From Candidatus Nealsonbacteria bacterium (GTDB lineage Bacteria; Patescibacteriota; Minisyncoccia; Minisyncoccales; DAOVPY01), in NCBI GenBank assembly GCA_030628945.1, contig DAOVPY010000003.1:1297-65296 (forward strand): a stretch of DNA of 64,000 nt, given 5' to 3'. The notes under the pieces are model-generated. The model was not told the DNA's origin. It saw only the letters and a program-made list of their open reading frames with translations, and did not search any database. The position numbers and the translations under genes were made by a program. Position 1 is the first letter of the stretch. Every line of letters begins with the position of its first letter. Below, one piece after another: positions 1-8,150 of this stretch.

Positions 1-2
1 AT

Positions 3-386
3 GGTTCTTTGGTGGCGCACAAAACAGGTACGACCAATTTATACGGATTAAGAAACGTTCAAAGCAGGGGAGTTTTGTTTCTGGGACCGGGCGTCAAAGT
101 CTACGAAGGCCAAATAGTCGGCCAAAATTCAAGAAGTGGAGATATCAGAGTGAATGTCTGCAAGGAAAAACAGCTTTCTAATATGCGTTCGCGCGGCGAG
201 GGTACGACCGAGCATTTTAACGAACCGAAAATTATGGACTTGGAAGACGCTCTGGTTTATATCAATGATGACGAGCTTGTGGAAATTACTCCAAAAAATA
301 TCCGGATAAGAAAAGTTTTTTTACGCGAAATCAGCGCGAAACGAGCCGCTCGGGAAAAAAGAACCGAGGCGCGCCGTAAGAAATAA
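3..386 (+). CDS. typA: TypA/BipA translational GTPase, C-terminal fragment (5' end upstream of window)
   Basis: The frame is open from the window edge. BipA-type C-terminus (...YEGQIVG...DLEDALVYINDDELVEITPKNIRIRK...). A hairpin terminator follows. Confidence 0.8.
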   Translation, partial: GSLVAHKTGTTNLYGLRNVQSRGVLFLGPGVKVYEGQIVGQNSRSGDIRVNVCKEKQLSNMRSRGEGTTEHFNEPKIMDLEDALVYINDDELVEITPKNIRIRKVFLREISAKRAAREKRTEARRKK

Positions 387-387
387 A

Positions 388-412
388 AAATCGCCGAGAG
401 GGCGATTTTTTG
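388..412 (+). terminator. Rho-independent terminator after typA
   Basis: Stem aatcgcc/ggcgatt with loop gagag, followed by a T-run (ttttttg). Confidence 0.75.
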
Positions 413-433
413 TTTGGGGATATTTTTTGAATT

Positions 434-736
434 TTACAAATCCTGCGCGTCCTTTAATTTGCCTGTTTCCAGAATAAATACGTGTCTGCGCAATTTAGTC
501 TCTTTGCCCTTTGCCTCAGGCCGCTTACGATCCATATTTTCTATCTCCCATTCTTTTTTCTTGATTTTTGCCTTAACCTCTTCAATGGCTTCCGGCTTTA
601 CTTGTTCTGTTATTTCGTATAATTTCAACCGTTCTTTTAATTGCGTTAAACTTTCTTTTCCTTTTTTAACTTTTGGTTTCAATTTTTCCAATGGTTTTAA
701 TTCTTCCATTGGAATTTTTTCTATATGTTTTCTCAT
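434..736 (-). CDS. Hypothetical Lys/Glu-rich protein (about 100 aa)
   Basis: Uses ORF-track frame 434..832; the first ATG that gives a sensible start is at 736 (MRKHIEKIPMEEL...). No domain recognised. Confidence 0.4.
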   Translation of the reverse strand: MRKHIEKIPMEELKPLEKLKPKVKKGKESLTQLKERLKLYEITEQVKPEAIEEVKAKIKKKEWEIENMDRKRPEAKGKETKLRRHVFILETGKLKDAQDL

Positions 737-825
737 ACTTTCATTGTAGCAATTAAAAATTTTAAATGCAACAAAAAGGAATTGCCAGAAGCGCGGTTTT
801 TTGATAGAAAGAAAGAACGAGGTGT

Positions 826-1926
826 ATGGCAAAAGAAAAATTCAAACCAATAAAATTTCCAGAGGACGAACAAGGGCACGACCATGCCATTGAGTGGTGG
901 TATTTTAACGGACATTTGAAAGACAAATATAACAAGGATTACGCTTTTATGAGTTGTTTGTTCAAAGTCAATGTTAGAAAGATGAAGATTCCATTTTTAA
1001 CCAAGTCGCCGATTAATATACTTTATTTCTCGCACTCTATTTTGTCAGATATAAATAATAATAAATTTTATCCGTATATTGATTATATTTCCATTCTTTC
1101 GGAAGATAGTTTTTCAAAGCCCCTGCTTTTTATAAATTATACAAGTCCAATGGTTATAACCGGCTATGTGAATCGCGTTATTGAGGAAACGCAAAAATTT
1201 GTATATCGCTTAAAAGATAAAAATGTAGATTTAAGGTTGATATCGGTTAAAAAACCATTATTGGAAGGCGGGGACGGATATGTTGACCTTAAGACCAGGA
1301 AAGTTTTTTATTATTCTTTGACTAACTTAAAAACAGATGGGAAAATTAAAATTAAAAATAAATGGATAGACGTAACCGGGAAGTTCTGGATGGATCATCA
1401 GTGGGCAGATACAACGTATTCAAAAAATAAGTGGAATTGGTTTTCAATACAGCTGGACAATAAAACAGAAATTGTCTGCTTTGAATACGATGACGCAAAA
1501 AATAAAACATATCTGGCAAGCGTATCATATCCCGACAACAGGCAGGAGCATTTTGAGAAAGTTGAATTTACGCCTTTGGGAACCACGTGGACAAGTCCGA
1601 AAACCAAAGCCGTTTATCCTTTAACATGGAGGATTAAAGCGTTGTCAAAAAATATCAATTTAGAAGTTGCTCCGTTAATAAAAGAACAAGAAATTATATA
1701 CGGCCCAATCAATTATTGGGAGGGACCGATTAATGTGAGCGGTTTATTTAACGGCAAGAAAGTAAAAGGAGTTGGTTTTATGGAGTTGGCCGGGTATCCG
1801 TCAAAATATTATAATTTAAAACATACAAAGGATGAAATAGAAAAATTTATAAATCAAATTTTTTCATATGCTAAAAAAGAGACCGTTGATATTGTCGGCA
1901 ATATAAAAACGAAAATAATAAAATGA
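826..1926 (+). CDS. CrtC/AttH-like lipocalin-fold protein (hydroxyneurosporene synthase family)
   Basis: N-terminal HDHAIEWWYFNGHL motif is typical of the CrtC_N/AttH family. 366 aa, TGA stop. Confidence 0.65.
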   Translation: MAKEKFKPIKFPEDEQGHDHAIEWWYFNGHLKDKYNKDYAFMSCLFKVNVRKMKIPFLTKSPINILYFSHSILSDINNNKFYPYIDYISILSEDSFSKPLLFINYTSPMVITGYVNRVIEETQKFVYRLKDKNVDLRLISVKKPLLEGGDGYVDLKTRKVFYYSLTNLKTDGKIKIKNKWIDVTGKFWMDHQWADTTYSKNKWNWFSIQLDNKTEIVCFEYDDAKNKTYLASVSYPDNRQEHFEKVEFTPLGTTWTSPKTKAVYPLTWRIKALSKNINLEVAPLIKEQEIIYGPINYWEGPINVSGLFNGKKVKGVGFMELAGYPSKYYNLKHTKDEIEKFINQIFSYAKKETVDIVGNIKTKIIK

Positions 1927-1983
1927 GACCCCGTTGAGGCGGGGATATCCTTTCTTACTTGCAAAATTATAAATAAATTAAGT

Positions 1984-1989
1984 ATAATA
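1984..1989 (+). promoter_or_regulatory. -10 box TATAAT, 7 nt upstream of the mscS-like ATG
   Basis: gtTATAATaaaggtgtATG; no SD lies between the box and the start codon. Confidence 0.5.
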
Positions 1990-1996
1990 AAGGTGT

Positions 1997-2518
1997 ATGG
2001 AACAATATATTTTGGATATCATTAAAAGCGTTATTTGGATTTTGGTTTTGTTTTTCGGCGGCCGGCTGGTTTTGAAAAAATTCGTTCAAAAGGGAATTAA
2101 ATTAATGAAGGACAAAGACGAGGCCGAGAATTCGGCCTTAGAGAAAAGAGTGAAAACCCTGGGCGATATATTGATTACTACCGGCAACATCATTATTTAT
2201 ATCATTGTTTTTTTGCTCGTTCTAAAACTTTTCGGCGTAGATATTACGCCGATTTTAGCGGGAGTGGGAATTCTTGGTTTGGCTGTTGGCTTTGGCGCCC
2301 AGTCCATTGTTAAGGATTTTGTCTCCGGTTTGTTTATTTTGATTGAAAACCAGTACGGCATTGGAGACAAGGTGAAAATAGGCAGTTTTGAAGGCCGGGT
2401 GAAAAGGATTACCATGCGTTCCACGGTTTTAGAGAACGATGAAGGCAAAACCTTTTATATCTCCAACGGTTTAATCAAGGACGTGGTAAATTTCTCCCAA
2501 AAGAATACAATAAAGTAA
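1997..2518 (+). CDS. Small-conductance mechanosensitive channel (MscS family, short form)
   Basis: TM helices followed by the MscS beta-domain signature (...VKDFVSGLFILIENQYGIGDKVKIGSFEGRVKRITMRSTVL...). Confidence 0.8.
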   Translation: MEQYILDIIKSVIWILVLFFGGRLVLKKFVQKGIKLMKDKDEAENSALEKRVKTLGDILITTGNIIIYIIVFLLVLKLFGVDITPILAGVGILGLAVGFGAQSIVKDFVSGLFILIENQYGIGDKVKIGSFEGRVKRITMRSTVLENDEGKTFYISNGLIKDVVNFSQKNTIK

Positions 2519-2532
2519 AGTAATATAAGAAC

Positions 2533-2565
2533 CTATCTCGCCCCGTTTCCAACGTGGCGAGATAG
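2533..2565. repeat. GC-rich palindromic hairpin (10-bp perfect stem)
   Basis: ctatctcgcc (2533-2542) pairs with ggcgagatag (2556-2565). Stem sequence is related to the hairpins at 2723 and 33989. Confidence 0.7.
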
Positions 2566-2590
2566 AACCTTCTAATTACTTCGTTCGGTC

Positions 2591-2618
2591 GAAATGCGAA
2601 AATGAATTTTCGCATTTC
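2591..2618. repeat. 13-bp perfect palindrome spanning the annotated ftsZ ATG
   Basis: gaaatgcgaaaat / attttcgcatttc; ATG 2602-2604 lies at the apex. Confidence 0.7.
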
Positions 2619-4323
2619 TCCCTCACTCGCAATTATGAAAAAAACAAAAAAAATAAAAAAAACAAAAAGGAAGAAAACCAAGAAATTTATCAACAAAGTT
2701 AAGAAGGTTCACCCTGTTAAATCCCTCTCGCCACGGAGGCGAAAGGGAATTTCGCGCACAGCGAAATTATTTAACAGGGCAAGAAAATCAGTAAAGAAAC
2801 CGAAGAAATCAAAAAAATTAAAGAAAATCGCGAATAAAAAAAAGCCGAACCTTGGCGTTGTTGGCAAAGAAAATGAAATCTATAAATCCAAAATCAGGAT
2901 TATTGGAATTGGCGGCGGCGGAAACACAATTATTAACGAGCTTGCCCTGAAAATAAAGAGGGTAAGTTTTGTCGCCGCAAACACCGACAGCCAGGCCCTT
3001 GGGCAGATGTCTTCCGGGGTAAAACGTTTCCAATTTGGCAGGGATTTGACCCAAGGTTTGGGATGCGGAATGAATCCTCATTTGGGGAGAACGGCCGCCT
3101 TGAAGGAAAGAGAAAGAATAGCCAAACTTTTTGAAGGAATTGATTTAGTTATTTTAGTCGCCTGTCTGGGCGGCGGAACCGGCTCCGGCGCGGCGCCGGT
3201 TTTTGCCGAGATTTCCCAGGAACTTAAGAAAAATTGTCTCGGTGTTTTTACTTTGCCCTTTGTTTTTGAGGGAGAAAAGAAATTTCAAATCGCCAGAAAT
3301 AGTTTAGAAAAAATTGCTCCCAGAATAAATACCCTTACCACTTTTCCCAATGAAAGAATTTTTCAAGTTATTGACCGCAAAACCCCGTTGAAAGACGCGT
3401 TTTCCTTTGTCAACAAAGCGTTGGCCGAGACCCTGGAGGGACTGGTGGAAATGATTTATTTGCCCGGATTAATCAATATTGATTTTGCGGACCTGAAAAT
3501 GATTTTAGGGGACTCTTCTCTTATTTCCAAGGAAGGGGTAAAAATAGCTTATCTTAACAGCGTGAAAGCCGCGGGCCCCAACCGGGCGGAGGAAGCGGTA
3601 AAGAAAGTTCTTTATAATCCCTTAAGCGAGTACAATATCGGGGGCGCCGGTTCATCTTATTCTTTTTCCCTGCGTTTGATTCCCGAGAAAATTTTGTTTA
3701 ATATTACGGCGCCAAGAGATTTGAAAATGAAAGAAGTGGAGCAGATTAGCAAAACCATTGTTGATTACAATAGACAGGCAAAAATAGTTTTTGGAGTTTC
3801 GTATGACAGATTTCCGCGCAATCAAGATAATCTCAGGATAACTTTGCTGGCGACCGGGAGGAAAACGGAAGAGGAGAAACCAAAGGAGAAACCAAAGGAG
3901 AAACCAAAGAAGAAACCAAAGAAGAAGCAAGTTCGCCCTGTTAAAGAAAAATCAAAACAACCGGTTCTTTTGCCGGCAAGAACTACCCGGCCACGCTTGA
4001 TTGTTTCTCCCAAAAAAAAGCTTCCTGTTCTGCAAAGCAAACCCGGACAAAAAATAAAAAAAATATCTAAACCAAGAAGGAAGAAATCGGTCCCTTCTTT
4101 TGGTTCTTCTTTGTCCGGCAACAATAAGCCGCGCGAGAAAGGAGCAAGGATTCAGCAAACTTCGGGCTTAAATCATAATTCCCTTTCTGCTTCTGACCAA
4201 AAAATCAGGAAGAACGCTTTGGATTTGAAAAAAGAAACAGAGCGGATAGAAAAAGAAATGTGGGCAGAGGAAGAGAAATGGAACATTCCGGCTTTTTTGC
4301 GGAAAAGAAATAAGTCCGATTAG
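2602..4323 (+). CDS. ftsZ: Cell division protein FtsZ with about 100-aa Lys-rich N-terminal extension and about 170-aa basic C-terminal linker
   Basis: Tubulin signature GGGTGSGAAPV, IGIGGGGNTIIN, ANTDSQAL. C-terminal peptide IPAFLRKR. No alternative start codon lies between aa 13 and the core. Confidence 0.9.
   Translation: MNFRISPSLAIMKKTKKIKKTKRKKTKKFINKVKKVHPVKSLSPRRRKGISRTAKLFNRARKSVKKPKKSKKLKKIANKKKPNLGVVGKENEIYKSKIRIIGIGGGGNTIINELALKIKRVSFVAANTDSQALGQMSSGVKRFQFGRDLTQGLGCGMNPHLGRTAALKERERIAKLFEGIDLVILVACLGGGTGSGAAPVFAEISQELKKNCLGVFTLPFVFEGEKKFQIARNSLEKIAPRINTLTTFPNERIFQVIDRKTPLKDAFSFVNKALAETLEGLVEMIYLPGLINIDFADLKMILGDSSLISKEGVKIAYLNSVKAAGPNRAEEAVKKVLYNPLSEYNIGGAGSSYSFSLRLIPEKILFNITAPRDLKMKEVEQISKTIVDYNRQAKIVFGVSYDRFPRNQDNLRITLLATGRKTEEEKPKEKPKEKPKKKPKKKQVRPVKEKSKQPVLLPARTTRPRLIVSPKKKLPVLQSKPGQKIKKISKPRRKKSVPSFGSSLSGNNKPREKGARIQQTSGLNHNSLSASDQKIRKNALDLKKETERIEKEMWAEEEKWNIPAFLRKRNKSD
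2712..2779. repeat. 68-nt three-way-junction palindromic element inside the ftsZ reading frame
   Basis: Outer stem ccctgttaaat/atttaacaggg (11 bp). Arm A ccctctcgcc-acgga-ggcgaaaggg. Arm B aatttcgc-gcaca-gcgaaatt. Confidence 0.7.
3874..3921 (+). repeat. In-frame 12-nt tandem repeat x4 (gagaaaccaaag) encoding (E/K)KPK repeats in the FtsZ linker
   Basis: Three perfect units and one unit with a single substitution, read directly from the sequence. Confidence 0.85.
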
Positions 4324-4339
4324 TTTCATTTGTTTTATT

Positions 4340-5236
4340 ATGGCTGAGAAAATCACTTACAATATAATCAAAAAAGCCATTATTCCCACGGCCGGCATGG
4401 GAACAAGATTTTTATCTTTGTCTAAAATTTTACCCAAGGAGCTTTTGCCTTTGATTGATAAGCCAATGATTCAATACGCGATAGAAGAGATTCGGGCTTC
4501 CGGGGTGGACCAGGATATCATTTTTGTGACCCGGCCCAAGAGAAAAAATGTCCTGGAATATTTTAAGAGGTCCTTGGAATTGGAGAAAATTCTTAAAGAG
4601 CGGGGGCAGGAAGACCTTTTAACGGAATTGAAAAAATTGAACGAAATTTCCGAAAATATTTCTTTTTTATCGGTTTCTCAAAAACACCCTCTGGGCGACG
4701 GTCATGCTATTTCGCAGGCGGGAAATCTTATCGGCAAGGAGCCCGCGGCTGTTTTGTTTCCGGACGATATTATTGATTCAAGAGTTCCCTGCGTTGCCCA
4801 GCTTGTTAAAGTTTTTAAAACCTGCCAAAAGCCGGTTATCGCCCTGAAGAAAATGACAAAGGAAAAAATTTCTCGTTACGGAGTAGTCAAGGTGGAAAAA
4901 ATCGCTAACAGGCTTTACAAAATTAAAAAAATCATTGAGAAGCCGTCCTTTGAAGAAGCGCCGTCTAATTTAGCCATAGTGGGAAGATATATTATTACTT
5001 CGGAGGTTTTTGATTGTCTCAAGAAAATGCGTCCCAATAAAAGGGGCGAAATAATTTTAGCCGAGGCGTTGAATAAAATGATAGAAGACAACAAAGCGGT
5101 TTACGGATATGAATTTGAGGGGCACTGGCTGGAGTGCGGCGACAAGATTAATTGGCTGAAATCAAATTTTTATCTTTCTTTGAAACATCCCAAGTTCGGG
5201 CCGGAACTGAGGGAATACCTAAAGGAGATAATGTGA
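4340..5236 (+). CDS. galU: UTP--glucose-1-phosphate uridylyltransferase
   Basis: N-terminal KAIIPTAGMGTRFLSLSKILPKELLPLIDKP motif and GalU-like length. Confidence 0.9.
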   Translation: MAEKITYNIIKKAIIPTAGMGTRFLSLSKILPKELLPLIDKPMIQYAIEEIRASGVDQDIIFVTRPKRKNVLEYFKRSLELEKILKERGQEDLLTELKKLNEISENISFLSVSQKHPLGDGHAISQAGNLIGKEPAAVLFPDDIIDSRVPCVAQLVKVFKTCQKPVIALKKMTKEKISRYGVVKVEKIANRLYKIKKIIEKPSFEEAPSNLAIVGRYIITSEVFDCLKKMRPNKRGEIILAEALNKMIEDNKAVYGYEFEGHWLECGDKINWLKSNFYLSLKHPKFGPELREYLKEIM

Positions 5237-5248
5237 AATTTCAAAAAT

Positions 5249-5764
5249 ATGGCGATAATTCATTCTTTAGAAAAAAATCAAACAGAGGACATAATTAAAG
5301 AGATTTATCAGGAATTTGAGGGACAAGGGAAAAAGGTTCCGGAATGGATGAAAATAATGGCTCATTGTCCCAAAATTTTGAAGGAATTCAAAGAATTATT
5401 TAATGTAATAATGAGTAACGAAAAAATAGAACGTTGTTTGAAATGGAAAATCGCTTATATGGTTTCAGAAACCCTTCGCTGCCCTTTTTGCGTTGACGTA
5501 ACCTCAAAAATGCTGGAGACAATGGGAGCTAAAGCCGAGAGCCTGAAAAATCTCAAAAAAATAGAAAACCTGCCGGAAAAGGAAAAAAATCTTTTCAAAT
5601 TAGTTAAAGAAATTACCCTGAAAGCAAATGTCTGCACCCCCGGGCTTTTGGAAAAATTCAGAGAAAATTATTCAGAGGCGGAAATAGTTGAGATTGTTTC
5701 TATCATTGGCTTGTTTAATTACATCAATCGGTTTAATAATAGTTTGTGCATCCTGCCCGAATAA
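5249..5764 (+). CDS. Carboxymuconolactone decarboxylase/AhpD-like family protein
   Basis: About 170 aa, helical, with a CxxC motif (CPFCVDV). Its stop overlaps the trxB start (TAATG). Confidence 0.6.
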   Translation: MAIIHSLEKNQTEDIIKEIYQEFEGQGKKVPEWMKIMAHCPKILKEFKELFNVIMSNEKIERCLKWKIAYMVSETLRCPFCVDVTSKMLETMGAKAESLKNLKKIENLPEKEKNLFKLVKEITLKANVCTPGLLEKFRENYSEAEIVEIVSIIGLFNYINRFNNSLCILPE

Positions 5765-6705
5765 TGTCTCAAAATATCTACGATCTCATCATAATCGGCG
5801 CCGGACCCGCAGGCATTACTGCGGGTATTTACGCCGCGCGGGAAAAATTGAAAATATTGTTAATTACCAAGAGTTTTGGCGGGCAGATAGCGAGAAAAGC
5901 GGTGGCGATTGAAAATTATCCCGGATTCGCCGACATTAGCGGTTTGGAACTTATTCAGAAATTTACAAGCCATTTGAAAAAATTTAATCCTGACATAGAG
6001 CAAGGCGAAGTTCGCAAAATTAAAAAAAGCAAAGAGAATTTTATTATCGCGACAAAAGAAAAAAAACAATTTGAAGCAAGGGCGGTAATTATCACTTCGG
6101 GCGCGGACCCTCGTTCCATTGAGGTTCCGGGAGAGAAAGAATTTATCGGGCGAGGCGTTTCTTATTGCACTATTTGCGACGCGCCAATGTTTCAGGACAA
6201 AACCGTGGCAGTAATTGGCGGCGGCAACGCCGGATTTGAAGCTGGTTTGGCTTTAAGCAATTACGCGCGAAAAATTTATATTTTAGAGCATGCTTCAAAG
6301 ATTAAAGCCGACGCCATAAATCAGGAGAAAGCCCGGGCTTTGGGGAAAATTGAAATAATAACCTCGGTTCTTCTCAAAAAAATTCAGGGGGATGACTTCG
6401 TGAATTCAATAGTTTATCAGGACCGCGGTTTTGGGAAGACAAAAACTCTCAATTGCGCGGGCGTTTTTATTGAAATCGGCAGCCATCCCGCAACTTCTTT
6501 TGTCAAAGATTTGGTTGATTTTAACAAGAAAGACGAGATTAAAATAAATCCCGGAACTTGCGAAACCAAAACCTCGGGTCTTTTTGCCGCGGGCGATGTT
6601 ACAGATACAGCGATAAAACAAATTGTGGCGGCGGCAGGCGAAGGCGCAAAAGCAGCCATTTTTGCCGGCAAGTATTTGTCCCAACAAATCAGGGCCATTG
6701 CTTAA
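5764..6705 (+). CDS. trxB: Thioredoxin-disulfide reductase
   Basis: FAD motif IIIGAGPAGITAG, redox CxxC (CTICD), NADPH motif VIGGGNAG, and C-terminal GDV..T...Q.V.AAGEG. The start is taken at the ATG overlapping the upstream stop. Confidence 0.9.
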   Translation: MSQNIYDLIIIGAGPAGITAGIYAAREKLKILLITKSFGGQIARKAVAIENYPGFADISGLELIQKFTSHLKKFNPDIEQGEVRKIKKSKENFIIATKEKKQFEARAVIITSGADPRSIEVPGEKEFIGRGVSYCTICDAPMFQDKTVAVIGGGNAGFEAGLALSNYARKIYILEHASKIKADAINQEKARALGKIEIITSVLLKKIQGDDFVNSIVYQDRGFGKTKTLNCAGVFIEIGSHPATSFVKDLVDFNKKDEIKINPGTCETKTSGLFAAGDVTDTAIKQIVAAAGEGAKAAIFAGKYLSQQIRAIA

Positions 6706-6720
6706 CCGAGTTAAGCAATG
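6696..6720 (+). promoter_or_regulatory. Intercistronic hairpin pairing the trxB stop region with the eno start codon
   Basis: cattgcttaa (contains TAA 6703-6705) pairs with ttaagcaatg (contains ATG 6718-6720). The 17-nt core gcttaaccgagttaagc recurs at 23937-23953. Confidence 0.6.
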
Positions 6721-8064
6721 CCCAAAATTCGCATAAAAATGAAAAATTCAAAAATCAAATCAATAAAAGCGCGGGAGATTTTGGACTCGCGCGGCAATCC
6801 CACAGTGGAAGCAGAGGTTGAAACCGATGCCGGGGTTTTTTTTGCTTCGGTTCCTTCAGGCGCTTCAACGGGAAAACGAGAGGCAACAGAATTAAGAGAC
6901 AAAGGCAAGAGATATCAAGGGAAAGGCGTTTTGAAAGCGGTAAGGAATGTAAACAAAATTATTGGACCAAAATTAAAAGGAAAAGACGCGGCTAAACAAA
7001 AAGAGATAGACGAGTTGCTCATTAAATTGGACGGGACGAAAAATAAATCGCGGTTGGGCGCCAACGCGATTTTAGCCGTTTCAATTGCCGCGTGCCGTAC
7101 GAGCGCCGCAGCAAAAAATATTCCCTTGTATCAGCATATTAAAGAAGTTTATCAGGAAGCCGGGCGAGAAGTTAGACGAGGACAGGCCTCGGTAAAACTG
7201 CCATTCCCTTGTTTTAATGTTATTAACGGCGGCGCGCACGCCGGCAATGACCTGGATTTCCAGGAATTTATGATTGCGCCGCAATTCAAAAAGTTTTCAA
7301 AAAACCTGCAAGCCGCCTCCGAGATTTATCATACCTTAAAACAGATTTTACAAAAGAAATTTGGAAAATCAGCAATAAATATCGGCGATGAAGGCGGTTT
7401 TGCGCCCCCAATTAGATTTCCGGAACAAGCGTTAGATTTAATTATGGAAGCGATTGGAAAGGCGGGTTATGCTAACAGGGTAAAAATCGTTCTGGATGTT
7501 GCCGCGTCGCAATTTTACTTGCCCCCCCACCAAAAATTTGGTAGTGGGGGTTCCAACGGAAAATATAAAACAAAATTCAAAGTTTTTAGCCAAAAAGGAC
7601 TTGTGAATTATTATTTAGATTTAATCAAAAAATATCCCATTATTGCTTTGGAAGATCCTTTTAGCGAAGACGATTGGAAAGGGTGGAAGGAATTAAGTTC
7701 AAAGTTCAAAGTTCAAAGTTCAAAATTATTGATAATTGGGGACGACCTTTTATGTACTAATCCGAAAAGGATAAGAGAGGCGCATGAGAAAAATGCCTGC
7801 AACGGGCTCTTATTGAAGCCAAATCAAATCGGAACAGTAACCGAAGCAATAGAAGCAACAAAGATTGCTCGGTCATTTGGCTGGAAAATAATGGTTTCTC
7901 ACCGGAGCGGCGAAACAAATGATGATTTTATCGCTGATTTGGCAGTCGGAATTTCAGCTGATTTTATAAAAGCGGGCGCCCCTGCCCGCGGCGAGCGATT
8001 AGCGAAGTATAATCGCCTGTTGAGAATTGAAGAAGAGATGCGCTCGGCAAATGAAAATTTTTAG
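6718..8064 (+). CDS. eno: Enolase (phosphopyruvate hydratase)
   Basis: AREILDSRGNPTVEAEV, SGETNDDFIADLAV, KAGAPARGERLAKYNRLLRIEEE. The true start may be the downstream Met (MKNSKIK). Confidence 0.95.
   Translation: MPKIRIKMKNSKIKSIKAREILDSRGNPTVEAEVETDAGVFFASVPSGASTGKREATELRDKGKRYQGKGVLKAVRNVNKIIGPKLKGKDAAKQKEIDELLIKLDGTKNKSRLGANAILAVSIAACRTSAAAKNIPLYQHIKEVYQEAGREVRRGQASVKLPFPCFNVINGGAHAGNDLDFQEFMIAPQFKKFSKNLQAASEIYHTLKQILQKKFGKSAINIGDEGGFAPPIRFPEQALDLIMEAIGKAGYANRVKIVLDVAASQFYLPPHQKFGSGGSNGKYKTKFKVFSQKGLVNYYLDLIKKYPIIALEDPFSEDDWKGWKELSSKFKVQSSKLLIIGDDLLCTNPKRIREAHEKNACNGLLLKPNQIGTVTEAIEATKIARSFGWKIMVSHRSGETNDDFIADLAVGISADFIKAGAPARGERLAKYNRLLRIEEEMRSANENF
7524..7550. repeat. GC-rich hairpin inside eno (in-frame insertion-like segment)
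   Basis: cccccac...gtggggg flank caaaaatttgg. The region encodes LPPHQKFGSGGS, which is absent from the E. coli enolase sequence as I recall it. Confidence 0.55.
7695..7723 (+). repeat. Heptanucleotide tandem repeat x4 (agttcaa) inside eno
   Basis: ttaAGTTCAAAGTTCAAAGTTCAAAGTTCAAaatt, translated SSKFKVQSSK. Confidence 0.85.
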
Positions 8065-8150
8065 TAAACAGACCCGCCCAACCACCCCATACTAAAAATT
8101 TTTATTCGCCTCGCTTACAATTATTCGTATTTATTCATAGATGAGGGTTA

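Noticed and set aside
414-915. ORFs 414..749(+), the 5' extension of 434..832(-), and 733..915(-).
   Set aside because: Low-complexity hydrophobic translations antisense to, or overlapping, better-supported genes. Only the 434..736 frame is kept, at low confidence.
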